Notes: generated by a model not told the origin, from the letters alone. A stretch of 64,000 nucleotides of DNA from Octopus sinensis (GCF_006345805.1 NC_043023.1:1364001-1428000), one strand, 5' to 3'. Shown: positions 24,168-36,717, numbered from the stretch's first letter. Translations and numbers: made by a program.

Positions 24168-24679
24168 ATATATATATATATATATATATACAAACACATA
24201 TATGTTGATGTTGTATACAATTATACATTTCATACATAATGTACAATTATGTATGTGTGTGTGTGTGAGTGTTTGTTTAAAATAGCTCAGCTGGAATGTC
24301 AAGGTTGGAATGCCTCCCTATATTTCCCTTTTCAAGTGGGTTATTGGAATGAAAGTAAAATTTGTAATAAGAATAATAAGTAGAAAAAAGAAGAAAAAGA
24401 AACAAAAATGTGCAAATATTACAAATATTACAAATACAGCCTTTATGTATGTGCTTTAAATTATATGTGGTTATGCAATTCAGATGTTTACTTTGGAACC
24501 ACAAGATAGTGGTTTCAATCCCACAGCACAGCATCACAGGTACGTCTCTTCTGTTAAAGTTCAGGGTCGCTCAATACCTTGAGAGCAAAATAAGTCTTGA
24601 CTAATAGTTATGCCTAGTCTTAACCAATTTTAGTGTTTTTAAATATTTTCATTCATGAATGCATAACCAACACAGTCTC

Positions 24680-25302
24680 TTTTCTCTTTTACTTGTTTCA
24701 GTCATTTGACTGTGGCCATGCTGGAGCACCGCCTTTAGTCGAGCCAATCGACCCCAGGACTTATTCTTTGTAAGGCTAGTACTTATTTGATTGGTCTCTT
24801 TTACTGAACCGCCATGTTACGGGGATGTAAACACACCAGCATTGGTTGTCAAGTGATGTTGGGGTACAAACACAGACACACACACACATATATATATATA
24901 TGTATACATATATACCACGGGCTTCATTCAGTTTCTGTCTACCAGCTCCACTCACAAGGCTTTGGTCGGCCTGAGGCTAAAGTAGAAGACACTTGCTCAA
25001 GGTGCCACACAGTGGGAATGAACCCGGAACCATGTGGTTGGTAAGCAAGCTACTTATTTCTTTATTGCCCACAAGGAGCTAAACATAGAGGGGACAGACA
25101 ATGGGATTAAGTCAATTACATTGACCCCAGTGTGTAACTGGTACTTATTTAAATCAACCCCGAAAGGATGAAAAGCAAAGTCGACCTCAACGAAATTTGA
25201 ACTCAGAACGTAGTGGCAGATGAAATACTGCAAGGCATTTCGCCGGTGTGCTAATGATTCTGCCAGCTCACCATAAGCTACTTACCACACAGCCACTCCT
25301 GC
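24680..25302 (-). mobile_element. SINE-A interrupted by SINE-B (25056-25274)
   Basis: TSD aagctactt at 25047-25055 and 25275-25283. Confidence 0.85.
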
Positions 25303-25584
25303 ATCTACTGAACATATTTTTCTTGCTACTTTAACTCATTATTTAATTTCTTGATATAAATTTACTCTCCCTAAATGCAATTACCTTCCCTGTCACAAAT
25401 AATAACAATCACCAATTGCTGCTCTTTAAATTTTTTTCTGCATACAGGTTCGTTTACACACAAACTCTCGTACAAGCAACATGGACTAAAAACTTCTTAA
25501 GACAATACAAAATTGCAATGTTTTCCCCAGTTTCAATGTTGTGATTAGAGAAACATGAAACCACTCGACTATCATAATATTATA

Positions 25585-27154
25585 TCCTTTAGCCCTTTGT
25601 GAGCCGCTCTCCAGCTATCTATCTGAGGTTTCATATAGCTACGGTGTGGCCTCACATGGAATTTGCATCACTGGTCTGGAAACCCTATCTTGCCCGGGAT
25701 ATTAATCCTCTGGAAACTATTCAGCGATGTGCAACCAAGAGAATACCCTCCATTAGGCATTTGCCATATTCTGAATGCCTTACTTCCCTGGTCATGGACA
25801 CATTGAAACTCCAACGTCTGGCAGCTGACTTGGCAGACACCCATAAAATTATTAACCATCTTACAACCAATAACTCTGAGCACCCACCAAGAGAATATCC
25901 TCCATCAGGCATTTGCCATATTCTGAATGCCTTACTTCCCTGGTCATGGACACATTGAAACTCCAACGTCTGGCAGCTGACTTGGCAGACACCCATAAAA
26001 TTATTAACCATCTTACAACCAATAACTCTGAGCACCCACCAAGAGAATATCCTCCATCAGGCATTTGCCATATTCTGAATGCCTTACTTCCCTGGTCATG
26101 GACACATTGAAACTCCAACGTCTGGCAGCTGACTTGGCAGACACCCATAAAATATTAACCATCTTACAACCAATAACTCTGAGCACCCACCAAGAGAATA
26201 TCCTCCATCAGGCATTTGCCATATTCTGAATGCCTTACTTCCCTGGTCATGGACACATTGAAACTCCAACGTCTGGCAGCTGACTTGGCAGACACCCATA
26301 AAATTATTAACCATCTTACAACCAATAACTCTGAGCACCCACCAAGAGAATATCCTCCATCAGGCATTTGCCATATTCTGAATGCCTTACTTCCCTGGTC
26401 ATGGACACATTGAAACTCCAACGTCTGGCAGCTGACTTGGCAGACACCCATAAAATTATTAACCATCTTACAACCAATAACTCTGAGCACCCACCAAGAG
26501 AATATCCTCCATCAGGCATTTGCCATATTCTTGAACGCCTTATTTCCCTGGGCATGGACACATTGAAACTCCGACGTCTGGCAGCTGACTTGGCAGACAC
26601 CCATAAAATTATTAACCATCTTACAACCAATAACTCTGAGCACCCACCAAGAGAATATCCTCCATCAGGCATTTGCCATATTCTGAATGCCTTACTTCCC
26701 TGGTCATGGACACATTGAAACTCGGACGTCTGGCAGCTGACTTGGCAGACACCCATAAAATTATTAACCATCTTACAAACAATAACTCTGAGCACCTTTT
26801 CAAACTCCACCTGTCTAACACCTGTGGACATGTTTACAAAGTCAGAAAGCAGCACAGCTACCATGACTTTCGGAAACATTTCTTCACGCTATGAGTTGCT
26901 GAAGCATGGAACAAACTGCCAGCATCAGTTGTTAGTTGTCGGAGCACTGCATCCTTCAAAACTTCCATGCTTCCTGAGATTCGCCAACACTACACCTGAT
27001 TTTCTCCCCTCCATACACACACAAGTATGTATTTGACTCATACACTATTCACTTTCCAGACATTTGTACATTACTGCATATGCTTTATATGCACTTTTGA
27101 CAAGTTGTGGTGCACCTGAGCACTGTATACAATAATTTCATTATTATTATTATT
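25585..27154 (+). mobile_element. 5'-truncated CR1-clade LINE with an internal 152-bp x7 tandem array
   Basis: YLRFHIATVWPHMEFASLVWKPY...ETIQRCATK...RKHFFTL..AEAWNKLP; (ATT)n tail; units start at 25735, 25887, 26039, 26190, 26342, 26494, 26647. Confidence 0.9.
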
Positions 27155-27545
27155 AAAATTATTAACCATCTTACGAACGATAAATCTGAGCACCTTTTCA
27201 AACTCCACCTGTCTAACATCCGTGGACATGTTTACAAAGTCAGAAAACAGCACAGCTCCCATGACTTTCGGTAACATTTTTTCACGCTGAGAGTTGCTGA
27301 AGCATGGAACAAACTGCCGGCATCAGTTGTTAGTTGTCGGAGCACTGCATCCTTCAAAACTTCCATGCTTCCTGAGATTCACCAACACTACACCTGATTT
27401 TCTCCCCTCCATACACATGCAAGCATGTATCTGACTCATACATTGTTCACTTTCCAGACATTTGTACATTACTGCATATGCTTTATATGCATTTTTGACA
27501 AGTTGTAGTGCACCTGAGCACTGTATGCAATAATTTCATTATTAT
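27155..27545 (+). mobile_element. Second CR1 3' end directly in tandem
   Basis: Restarts at aaaattattaaccatc right after the first (ATT)n tail. Confidence 0.88.
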
Positions 27546-27675
27546 AAACTATATAAATTGCATGCATTTTCCTTCTTTTATAATAAATATTTTTTGACTA
27601 CAACTCATCTTGTGGGTAAAACCTTTTCAATGAAATTCCTTTTTACTATACATACATACACACATACATAAATGC

Positions 27676-28014
27676 TGAGACCCCCTTCAATCATGACTGA
27701 CCATGGGATTGCACCTAGAAAGTTATCCTCCCAGGCAAAAGTCCGGGCAAGTTTGTTTATGGAAGACCAGCAGTCGCCCATGCATACCGGCCTCCCCTTT
27801 CCACGCCACCAGTGTTATCCAAGGGAAAGGCAAAGGGGCTGATACAGCTTGGCACCAGAGATGACACAACTCATTTCTACAGCTGAGTGAACTGGAGTAA
27901 TGTAAAATAAAGTGTCTTGCTCAAGAACATAACATGCAGCCTGGTCCAGGAATCGAACTCACAACCTCATGATTGTAAGCTTGACGCTCTAACCACTGAG
28001 CCATGTGCCTTCAC
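27676..28014 (-). mobile_element. SINE-C full copy
   Basis: Match to family. Confidence 0.88.
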
Positions 28015-28393
28015 ATACACATACACACACACACACATACAGGAATAATCAGTACATGATTTCTCTTATTACACACAGTTCAACAAATTCATTCCTATTT
28101 ATGTAATGGAGGAGATTAGATGTTAAAATGGATCATAGTCTTTATCTTCCATGTTGCAATACAATTTGTTTCATACAAAAAGACTCAGATATTCATGATA
28201 GAAAATCGTAACAGCCATATTTGTATTCATCAGTAGCTGGTATCAAAACTAAAAAAGATGTTAGAAATACATAGATTTCTCTCTTAGTTATCATTTTAGG
28301 ATTATTGTATTCGTTCTTGCAGTTATGCCTATTTGAATCAAACAGGCATGGCTACAAGAACACATACATTAATCCAATATGATTTCTAACAAA

Positions 28394-28924
28394 TCTCTCT
28401 ATATATAAAGCTTAAGTTGTCCGTGTATGACAGGTTTTGTAGCCTTCAACTAACACTATCTCCTCAGAGATCCTGCGGCGCAAGTTGACCAAAATTGAGA
28501 GTATGATAGAAGAAGGGTTGCTCTTCCTTACGTAGAAGAAAAAATTCAAATCAGACCATGTTAACTCCAAAAATTATTTACAGCAAAAAGGTGCTTTTTT
28601 TCTATGAAAATCCCCATTTTTTATGATTTTTTCACTGCTGTGTTGCCATTTTCGGTGTATTTCAACCAGAAAAATGTTCACTTGAAGAGAATAATAAGCT
28701 ACATAATGCAAAATTTTTACTTTTCAAAAATTCCAAATCCAAAGGGCTGAAACAAACCTGAGCAACGCCGGGCAATACTGCTAGTTTATATATATATTCT
28801 GAGACCGGCTTCGGTCACGACACAGATCATGGGATTGCACCTAGAAAGTTACCCTCCCAGGCACAAGTCCGGGCAATTCTAAAGGGTCGAAACAAATCTG
28901 AGCAATGCCAGGCAATACTGCTAG
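28394..28924 (+). mobile_element. Helitron (28394-28784) + SINE-C fragment + second Helitron 3' terminus (28875-28924)
   Basis: Two hairpin+CTAGT ends at 28781-28785 and 28921-28925. Confidence 0.8.
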
Positions 28925-29419
28925 TAAAAGAATAAAAGAAAAGAAGATATATGTGATGGGTTGTTCACTAGTATATTCTCAATAACATACTACACACATT
29001 ATGCTTGACTAAAACTTGTAATTTCTTATATTATTTTCAGCAATACACATTATACATTCCTATCTTCATATACCTAACCAACAACAAATCACCTTTACTT
29101 TGTAAATTTGCACACGGCAATCCTATCTAATTTGAGGATGTCTGCATTGTCTCCAACACAGGTGTGTATAATTATATTTACACCCTCACACACATAGCTA
29201 TATACACAAATACACACTTCAATATATATACATGTTTGTCTATAACCTGTTATTAGGCTTTGCCGATTCTTAGAGGAAATTTTCTGAGAGAGAAATATCA
29301 GAGCGTTATTTAAGTATGTCTTGTTTAAGTACCCCTGTTGCTGTCTGGCGAAATGTTGTGAACTATATAATGTTTAAGTCGAAGTAGGTTTTAGTGATTC
29401 ACTAATATATAATTGGTAC

Positions 29420-29700
29420 CACTATAGTCGTCATCATCATCATCATTGATGTTGCTATTGTTATTGTCATCATCAGGATCATCATCAACATAATCCTCAC
29501 CATCATAATCATTTTCATCATTACCATTGTCAATATCATCATCATCATCATCATCGCCATTATGATCATCAGGATCAGCATCATCATCGTTGTCATCACC
29601 ATCATTGTTGTCATCACCATCATCAGGATCACCATCATTACCATCATCACCAGAATCACCATCAATATCATCATAATCACTATCACTGTCATCATCATTG
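29420..29700 (+). repeat. (CAT)n-rich repeat
   Basis: Direct reading. Confidence 0.9.
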
Positions 29701-30048
29701 CCGAGCCTGGTGCAACCATCTGGTTCGCAAATCCTCAGTCAAAATCGTCCAACCCATGCTAGCATGGAAAGCGGACGTTAAATGTTGATGAGGATGATGA
29801 TGATGATGATGATGTGTGTGTGTGTAGGTCTTTGTGTCTGTGTTTGTCCCCCACCACCACCACTTAACAACACGTGTTGGCATGATTATGTCCTCATAAC
29901 TTAGCAGTTCAATAAAAAGTATTGACAGAATAAGTACCAGCCTTAAAAATATATATATAAATGCTGAGTTGATTTATTCGACTAAAAATTCCTCAAAGCA
30001 ATGCTCCAGGATGGTCATAGTCTAACGAGTGAAACAAGTAAAGAGAGA
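29700..30048 (+). mobile_element. RTE tail fragment followed by a SINE-A 3' half
   Basis: ccaacccatgctagcatggaaagcggacgttaa(atg)n, then a SINE-A tail. Confidence 0.72.
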
Positions 30049-30247
30049 TAAAAATGAAGAACAAGTTTTGTTTGGAGGATGAGAAGGAAAAATGGGGAAG
30101 AGTAGGTGACAACTGCAGGAACTGAATAGGGTTAAGGAGTGGTTGTAGTGAAAGGTGGATATGTTGTAGAGGTGATGGAACTCAGTGAAGATGGAACTGA
30201 GGAGCAGTAGAATGGTAATGATGTAAAAAAACCAAAAGACATTTTTT

Positions 30248-31368
30248 TAAAAAGCACCATCCGATTGTGGCCATTGCCAGCCTCGTCTGGACCCCATGCC
30301 GGTGGCACGTAAAAAGCACCATCCGATTGTGGCCGTTGCCAGCCTCGTCTGGCCCCCATGCCGGTGGCACGTAAAAAGCACCATCCGATTGTGGCCGTTG
30401 CCAGCCTCGTCTGGCCCCCATGCCGGTGGCACATAAAAAGCACCATCAGATCGTGGCTGTTGCCAGCCTCGTCTGGCCCCCATTCCGGTGGCACGTAAAA
30501 AGCACCATCCGATTGTGGCTGTTGCCAGCCTCGTCTGGCCCCCATTCCGGTGGCACGTAAAAAGCACCATCCGATTGTGGCTGTTGCCAGCCTCGTCTGG
30601 CCCCCATTCCGGTGGCACGTAAAAAGCACCATCCGATTGTGGCCATTGCCAGCCTCGTCTGGACCCCATGCCGGTGGCACGTAAAAAGCACCATCCGATT
30701 GTGGCCGTTGCCAGCCTCGTCTGGCCCCCATGCCGTGGCACGTAAAAAGCACCATCCGATTGTGGCCGTTGCCAGCCTCGTCTGGCCCCCATGCCGGTGG
30801 CACATAAAAAGCACCATCAGATCGTGGCTGTTGCCAGCCTCGTCTGGCCCCCATTCCGGTGGCACGTAAAAAGCACCATCCGATTGTGGCTGTTGCCAGC
30901 CTCGTCTGGCCCCCATTCCGGTGGCACGTAAAAAGCACCATCCGATTGTGGCTGTTGCCAGCCTCGTCTGGCCCCCATTCCGGTGGCACGTAAAAAGCAC
31001 CATCCGATTGTGGCCGTTGCCAGCCTCGTCTGGCCCCCATGCCGGTGGCACGTAAAAAGCACCATTCGATTGTGGCCGTTGCCAGCCTCGTCTGGCCCCC
31101 ATGCCGGTGGCACATAAAAAGCACCATCAGATCGTGGCCGTTTGCCAGCCTTGTCTGGCACCTATGCAGGTGGGACGTAAAAAGCACCCACTACACTCAC
31201 AGAGTGGTTGGCATTAGGAAGGGCATCCAGCTGTAGAAACATTGCCAGATCAGACTGGGCCTGGTGCAGCCTTCTGGCTCCCCATACCCCAATTGAACCG
31301 TCCAACCCATGCTAGCATGGAAAGCGGACGTTAAACGATGATGATGATGATGATGATAATCATCATTC
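30248..31368 (+). mobile_element. RTE-type 3' tail with 15 x 62-bp tandem units (30248-31177)
   Basis: taaaaagcacc every 62 bp, then cactacactc...catggaaagcggacgttaaac(gat)n. Confidence 0.9.
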
Positions 31369-31461
31369 AGTGTCTGTTTTTCATGATGGCATGCGTTAGA
31401 TGATTTGACTGGAACTGACAAAGCAGAGAGCTGTGCCAGGCTCCAGTCTGATTTCACAAAA

Positions 31462-31733
31462 TGGACCAGGCTGCATGTTGTGTTCTTGAGCAAGACACTT
31501 TTTTCATGTTACTCCACTTCACTGAGCTGTAGAAATGAGATACAACGTCACAGGTGCCAAGCTGTATCGGCCCCTTTGCCTTTCCCTTGGATAACATCAG
31601 TGACATGATGAGGGGAGGCTGGTATGCATGGACGACTGCTGGTCTTCCATAAACAACCTTGCCCAGACTTTTGCCTGGGAGGGTAACTTTCTAGGTGCAA
31701 TCCCATGGTCAGTCATGACCGAAGGAGGTCTCA
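31462..31733 (+). mobile_element. SINE-C, 5'-truncated
   Basis: Match to family. Confidence 0.82.
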
Positions 31734-31744
31734 GCATGTATGTA

Positions 31745-32120
31745 TGTATGCCCTTCCAGTCATTCCAAGAGTGTAATGGGTACATTTTACATGCCACCAA
31801 CATGAGTGCATCTATGTGCCACAGGCACACTTGCCTTGTACATGTCACAGTTGCCATTTACATATCGGCAGGTGTGTAAATCGGCAGGTGCCATTTACAT
31901 ATCGGCAGCACTGGCCATAGCTATGATTTCACATGGCTTGATGTGTCTCCTCAAGCACAGCAAATCACCAAAAATTTTGATCACTTGTCATCATCACCAT
32001 GAGACTCAACATCCAAACATCATATTTCACCACCTCGTCCTATGTCCTCCTGGATCTACCTCTTCCGTAGGTTCCCTCCAAAGTTAGAGATCAGTACTTC
32101 TTTACACAGCTGTTCTTATA
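31745..32120 (-). mobile_element. RTE LINE 3' fragment, decayed
   Basis: Reverse similarity to 58060-58450. Confidence 0.65.
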
Positions 32121-32536
32121 TTCTGATAATATTTATTGCACTTTGGTCGGTTTACATCCATTTCAAATAAAATTTACAACTTGAAATTTTGTAAAACACA
32201 TTCCCTTTTACACCTATTAATTTACGTTTCTCGCATTTAATATCTATATTAAATTTTATTTTGATTTTAATATTTACATGAATTTTGTATGTTTCTTTCA
32301 AGAAATAAACAAGTACCTTTCTCAGTTAATATTCTGAGATTTTACTTGTATAAAAATAAATTGAACAGGTTTTTACAGCTGTTAAAAGAAAAATATTATT
32401 TATGTTGTGTTAAAACAGATCAACAGTAACCGTCTGTTACCAGTATTTTACAGTTTTCCTGTAAATTTTTATTTTCCAAACAAAATCGTATTGAAATTCA
32501 AAGATTTATATACACAATTCCATGTGCCGCTAGAAG

Positions 32537-33012
32537 GTGTGGCTGTGTGGTAAGAAGCTTGCTTAAGGCAGAGAGCTGGCAGAAGCACTAGCACGCCAGG
32601 CAAAATGCTTAGCGGTATTTCATCTGCTGCTACGTTCTGAGTTCAAATTCCGCCGAGGTCAACTTAGCCTTTCATCGATTTGGAGTCGATTAAATAAGTA
32701 CCAGTTATGCACTGGTGTCGATATAATCGATTTAATCCATTTGTCTGTCCTTGTTTGACCACTCTGTGTGTAACCCCTTGTGGGCAGCAAAGAAAGAAGA
32801 AGCTTGCTTCCCAACCACATGGTTCCGGGTTCAGTCCCACAGCATGGCACCTTGGGCAAGTGTTGTCTACTACAGCCTCAAGGCTGATCAAAACCTTGTC
32901 AGAGGATTTGATAGACAGAAACTGAAAGAAGCCCATTGCATTTGCATTTGTTCGCCACTACTGCTTGACAACCAGTGTTGGTGTGTTTATATCCCTGTAA
33001 CTTAGCAGTTTG
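32537..33012 (+). mobile_element. SINE-A interrupted by SINE-B (32565-32796)
   Basis: TSD aagaagcttgctt at 32552-32564 and 32797-32809. Confidence 0.85.
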
Positions 33013-33102
33013 GCAATAGTCAGGGAGACAAAAACACACCCACACTAGTTATAAAGTAGTAGTAAACACAAACATAGGCGTGTACGTGCATACACTCTCA
33101 TA

Positions 33103-33735
33103 TACGATGGGCTTTTATCAAGACACTTGCCCAAGGTGTCACACAGTGGGACTGAACCTGGGACCACGTGGTTGGGAAGCAAGCTTCTTACCACACAGCC
33201 ACACTGCACCTACTTTTTGCTAAACAAAATCTTAATGGAATTCAGAGATTTATATTCACAATTTCATAAACATGTCTATGTCATAAAAAGTTTGCTTCCC
33301 AAACACATGGTTCCGGGTTCAGTCCCATTGCATGACATCTAGGGCAAGTGTCTTCTACTACATTCTCAGGCTGACTAAAGTCTTGTGAGTGGATTTGGTA
33401 AATGGAAACTGTACAAAACCTGTCAAATATGAGTGTGTGTATGTGTGAGTATGTGTGTCTTTGTCCACCACCACTGCTTGACAACCAGTGTTGGTGTGTT
33501 TACATCCCTATAACTTAGTGGTTTGATAAAACTCACAGAGACACACACACAAACACACACGTACACACACATATACAACAGGCTTCTTTCAGTTTCTGTC
33601 TATCAAATCCATTCAGAAGTCTTTGGTTGGCTCGAGGCTATAGTGGAAGACACTTACCCATGATGCCACACAATGGAATTGAACTTGGAACCATGTAACT
33701 GAGAAGCAAACTTCTTACCACACAGCCATGCCAGC
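33103..33735. mobile_element. Three SINE-A pieces in alternating orientation (-, +, -)
   Basis: 33103-33205 (-), 33288-33525 (+), 33573-33735 (-). Confidence 0.78.
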
Positions 33736-34009
33736 ACCTACCTAATTAATTCTATAATGAATTATATCTCAAGTGTCAAATCACATCTAAATAACAGCTT
33801 ATATAATACAAAGAGTTAAAAACACCTTAGTTATTTGCAACACTCATATAATATATCTACTATAACCTATATAATTATGGGACCATTACACCAGAGAGAT
33901 TCTCCAACATTTTACCATCAAAATGATACACTTTAATATTACATAGAAGATAAATAGTTTGATTACATTTACAAAGTGAATATAGAAACTCATTTTAAAC
34001 ATATACAAA

Positions 34010-34128
34010 CACAAGCATGTTCACTTTCCAGACATTTCTACATTACTGCATGTACTTTATATGCACTTTCTGACAAGTTGTGGTGCACCTGAGCACTGTA
34101 TACAATAATTTCATTATTATTATTATAT
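34010..34128 (+). mobile_element. CR1 extreme 3' UTR fragment
   Basis: ttcactttccagacatt...gcacctgagcactgtatacaataatttc(att)n. Confidence 0.85.
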
Positions 34129-34502
34129 ATACACACCCACACATGTTTATTCCTTAAATTTTCATTTAAAGTTCGTCAATATTTCCTTTAGTCTCATAGA
34201 ATTTTATATTATAGAAGAAAAGCTGGTTTCCATCTGTCCAGGACAACATCTATTAGAGGGGGGAAGAAAGGAAGTATCAAAAGGGTCGATAATCCCTGTC
34301 CTGACATATAATAAGAAGTGTAAGAGGAATAGTTGTTGAGAGAGAGGGAGAGTGTGTATGTGTGTGTCTAAGATAGATAGATAGATAATTGACAGAGAGA
34401 TAGTGCTCTTACTATAGTAACTAACAAATTTTTATTAATGACGAGGGGATTTTAAGTGCAAGTCTGTCAACACAACACAGACTTTAAAAATATATGTGTG
34501 TA

Positions 34503-34547
<45 letters not shown>

Positions 34548-34744
34548 CAACTATATGTATTGTGTGTGTGTGTGTTTCTGTATGTCTTTCAACATATAGA
34601 CAACGCAGACTAAAAAAAAAGACTTTTGTTATGATAACAGGTTTTGCCTACAGTGATGAAGATAGAGGGAGAGAGAGTGAAAGATAGAATTACAATTCGT
34701 TTCAAGAAACAGATTGTTGTTGAGCATATCAATGTGATTGTTAC

Positions 34745-34920
34745 TGTAAGCTTCAGTATTTTGCCTGTTGCTACACTTTGAGTTCAAATTCTGCTGAGGT
34801 CAAGTTTGCCTTTCACCCTTTTGGGGTCAATAAATTAAGTATCAGTGAAACACTGGGGCCCAGTAAAATCGATTTATCCCCTCCACCAAATTTTCTGCCT
34901 TTGTGGCAAAATTTGAAACC
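34745..34920 (+). mobile_element. SINE-B fragment
   Basis: gagttcaaattc...gcctttcaccctttggggtcaataaattaagta. Confidence 0.7.
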
Positions 34921-35169
34921 ATTATTGTAAGTTTCAGCTGAAGGATATATTTCATCTTGACTATGTCATTACCCGGCAGCATAGCGACAGGTTACGACTA
35001 GTCATTTATTAAACATATTTGCATTTTTCTCTTTCCAAATTATTTTTGCAATATTTTTCCTGTATCACTAAGGAGAGTGAATCTTCTACAATTTTCTGCT
35101 CCACCTGTAATTTTTCCAACAAAAACACACACATACATACATACATACATACATACATACATACATAAA

Positions 35170-35411
35170 TATATATATATATATATATACTGCGGAGATG
35201 TACTTGCATAGCGAGTGACTTGATCTGAGATCATGTGCTAGAACGAAAACAATTGCAACGTGGAAGGTGTTAATAAGCCATTTAAGAAACACACAAAACC
35301 ATTAGAATTTTGTCAGTGAATAGGTCGCGGTCTCAAAGCAACGGAAATATTTTGACAAATTTTTGTGTGTTTCTTAAATGGTTTATAAACACCTTCCACG
35401 CTGCAATTGTT
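35170..35411. mobile_element. Small element with a 51-bp inverted repeat (35248-35298 / 35361-35411) enclosing a hammerhead-like motif
   Basis: 3 mismatches between arms; the same family occurs at 21331-21465. Confidence 0.7.
35309..35359 (+). ncRNA. Hammerhead-like motif of the G3:C8 family (decayed copy)
   Basis: TTTGTCA-GTGAATA-G-GTCGC..GCAAC-GGAA-ATAT-TT-TGACAAA; 7-bp perfect stem I. Confidence 0.5.
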
Positions 35412-35421
35412 GTTGTTGTTG

Positions 35422-35473
<52 letters not shown>

Positions 35474-35488
35474 TTATATATATATATA

Positions 35489-35893
35489 AGGCGCAGGAGT
35501 GGCTGTGTGGTAAGTAGCTTGCTTACGAACCACATGGTTCTGAGTTCATTCCCACTGCATGGCACCTTGGGCAAGTGTTTTCTACTATAGCCTTGGGCTG
35601 AATAAAGCCTTGTGAGTGGATATGGTAGACAGAAACTGAAAGAAGCCCATCGTATATATGTATATATATATGTGTGTGTATATGTTTGTGTGTCTGTGTT
35701 TGTCCCCCCAACATCTCTTGACAACTGATGCTGGTGTGTTTATCTCCCTGTAACTTAGCTGTTCGGCAAAAGAGACCGATAGAATAAGTACTAGGCTTAC
35801 AAAGAATAAGTCCTGGGGTCAATTTGCTCAACTAAAGGCAGTGCTCCAGCATGGCCACAATCAAATGACTGAAACAAGTAAAAGAGTAGAGAG
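35489..35893 (+). mobile_element. SINE-A full copy
   Basis: Match to family. Confidence 0.9.
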
Positions 35894-35902
35894 TATATGT
35901 AT

Positions 35903-36230
35903 ACACTGAACCTTACAGAGGAGATGACAAAGGATCAAGATATCCGGTGCCTTGCTGTACTCAAGAAAACCAGTCCTTCCCTGCAAAAGTATTAATGCTA
36001 GTCCACTGGATGAAGAAGAATGGTAATGAGCCCCCTGTGCTGGTGTAAAAGCACTTGCACCAGCACCATGTAAAAGTACATGTGGAGGGGCCATGTTGAA
36101 AGCACCCAGCGGACACTGTAAAGGGGTTGGCATTAGGAAGGGCATCCAGCTGTAGAAGCCATGCCAAATGAAATTGGAACCTGGTGCAGCTCTCTTGCTT
36201 GCCAGCTCTGATGTTAAATGATGTTGATGA
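35903..36230 (+). mobile_element. RTE LINE 3' end, decayed
   Basis: LNLTEEMTKDQDI..LAVLKKT plus aggaagggcatccagctgtagaa tail. Confidence 0.65.
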
Positions 36231-36419
36231 TACATGAAAGACAAAGAGGGGGGGGAGGGAGAGAAAAAGGGACGAGGTAGGTATGTAAGTAGGAAAATAG
36301 ATGGATAAATATAGAGAGCTACTCAGACAGACAGAGAGTTATGTACATTTATTTTAGACACATTCTTGTGTTAAGACACTTGTACTCATCTTTATTTTCT
36401 TTCCCACAGCTTTGTGCGG

Positions 36420-36529
36420 TTCTAGTGAATGTATATATACACATCCATTAGACATATATACATACATATAATTTTATATACTGTATGTATATATATAGAT
36501 ACACATATGTATGTATGAATAATTATTGG

Positions 36530-36568
<39 letters not shown>

Positions 36569-36621
36569 GTATATATGTATGTATATATATATAGATACAC
36601 ATATGTATGAATAATTATTGG

Positions 36622-36657
<36 letters not shown>

Positions 36658-36686
36658 GATACACATATGTATGAATAATTATTGGC

Positions 36687-36717
<31 letters not shown>

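Noticed and set aside
30132-31187. 351-aa repetitive ORF; CRISPR-like appearance
   Set aside because: Contiguous 62-bp units without unique spacers, inside an RTE tail; no cas genes; eukaryotic context
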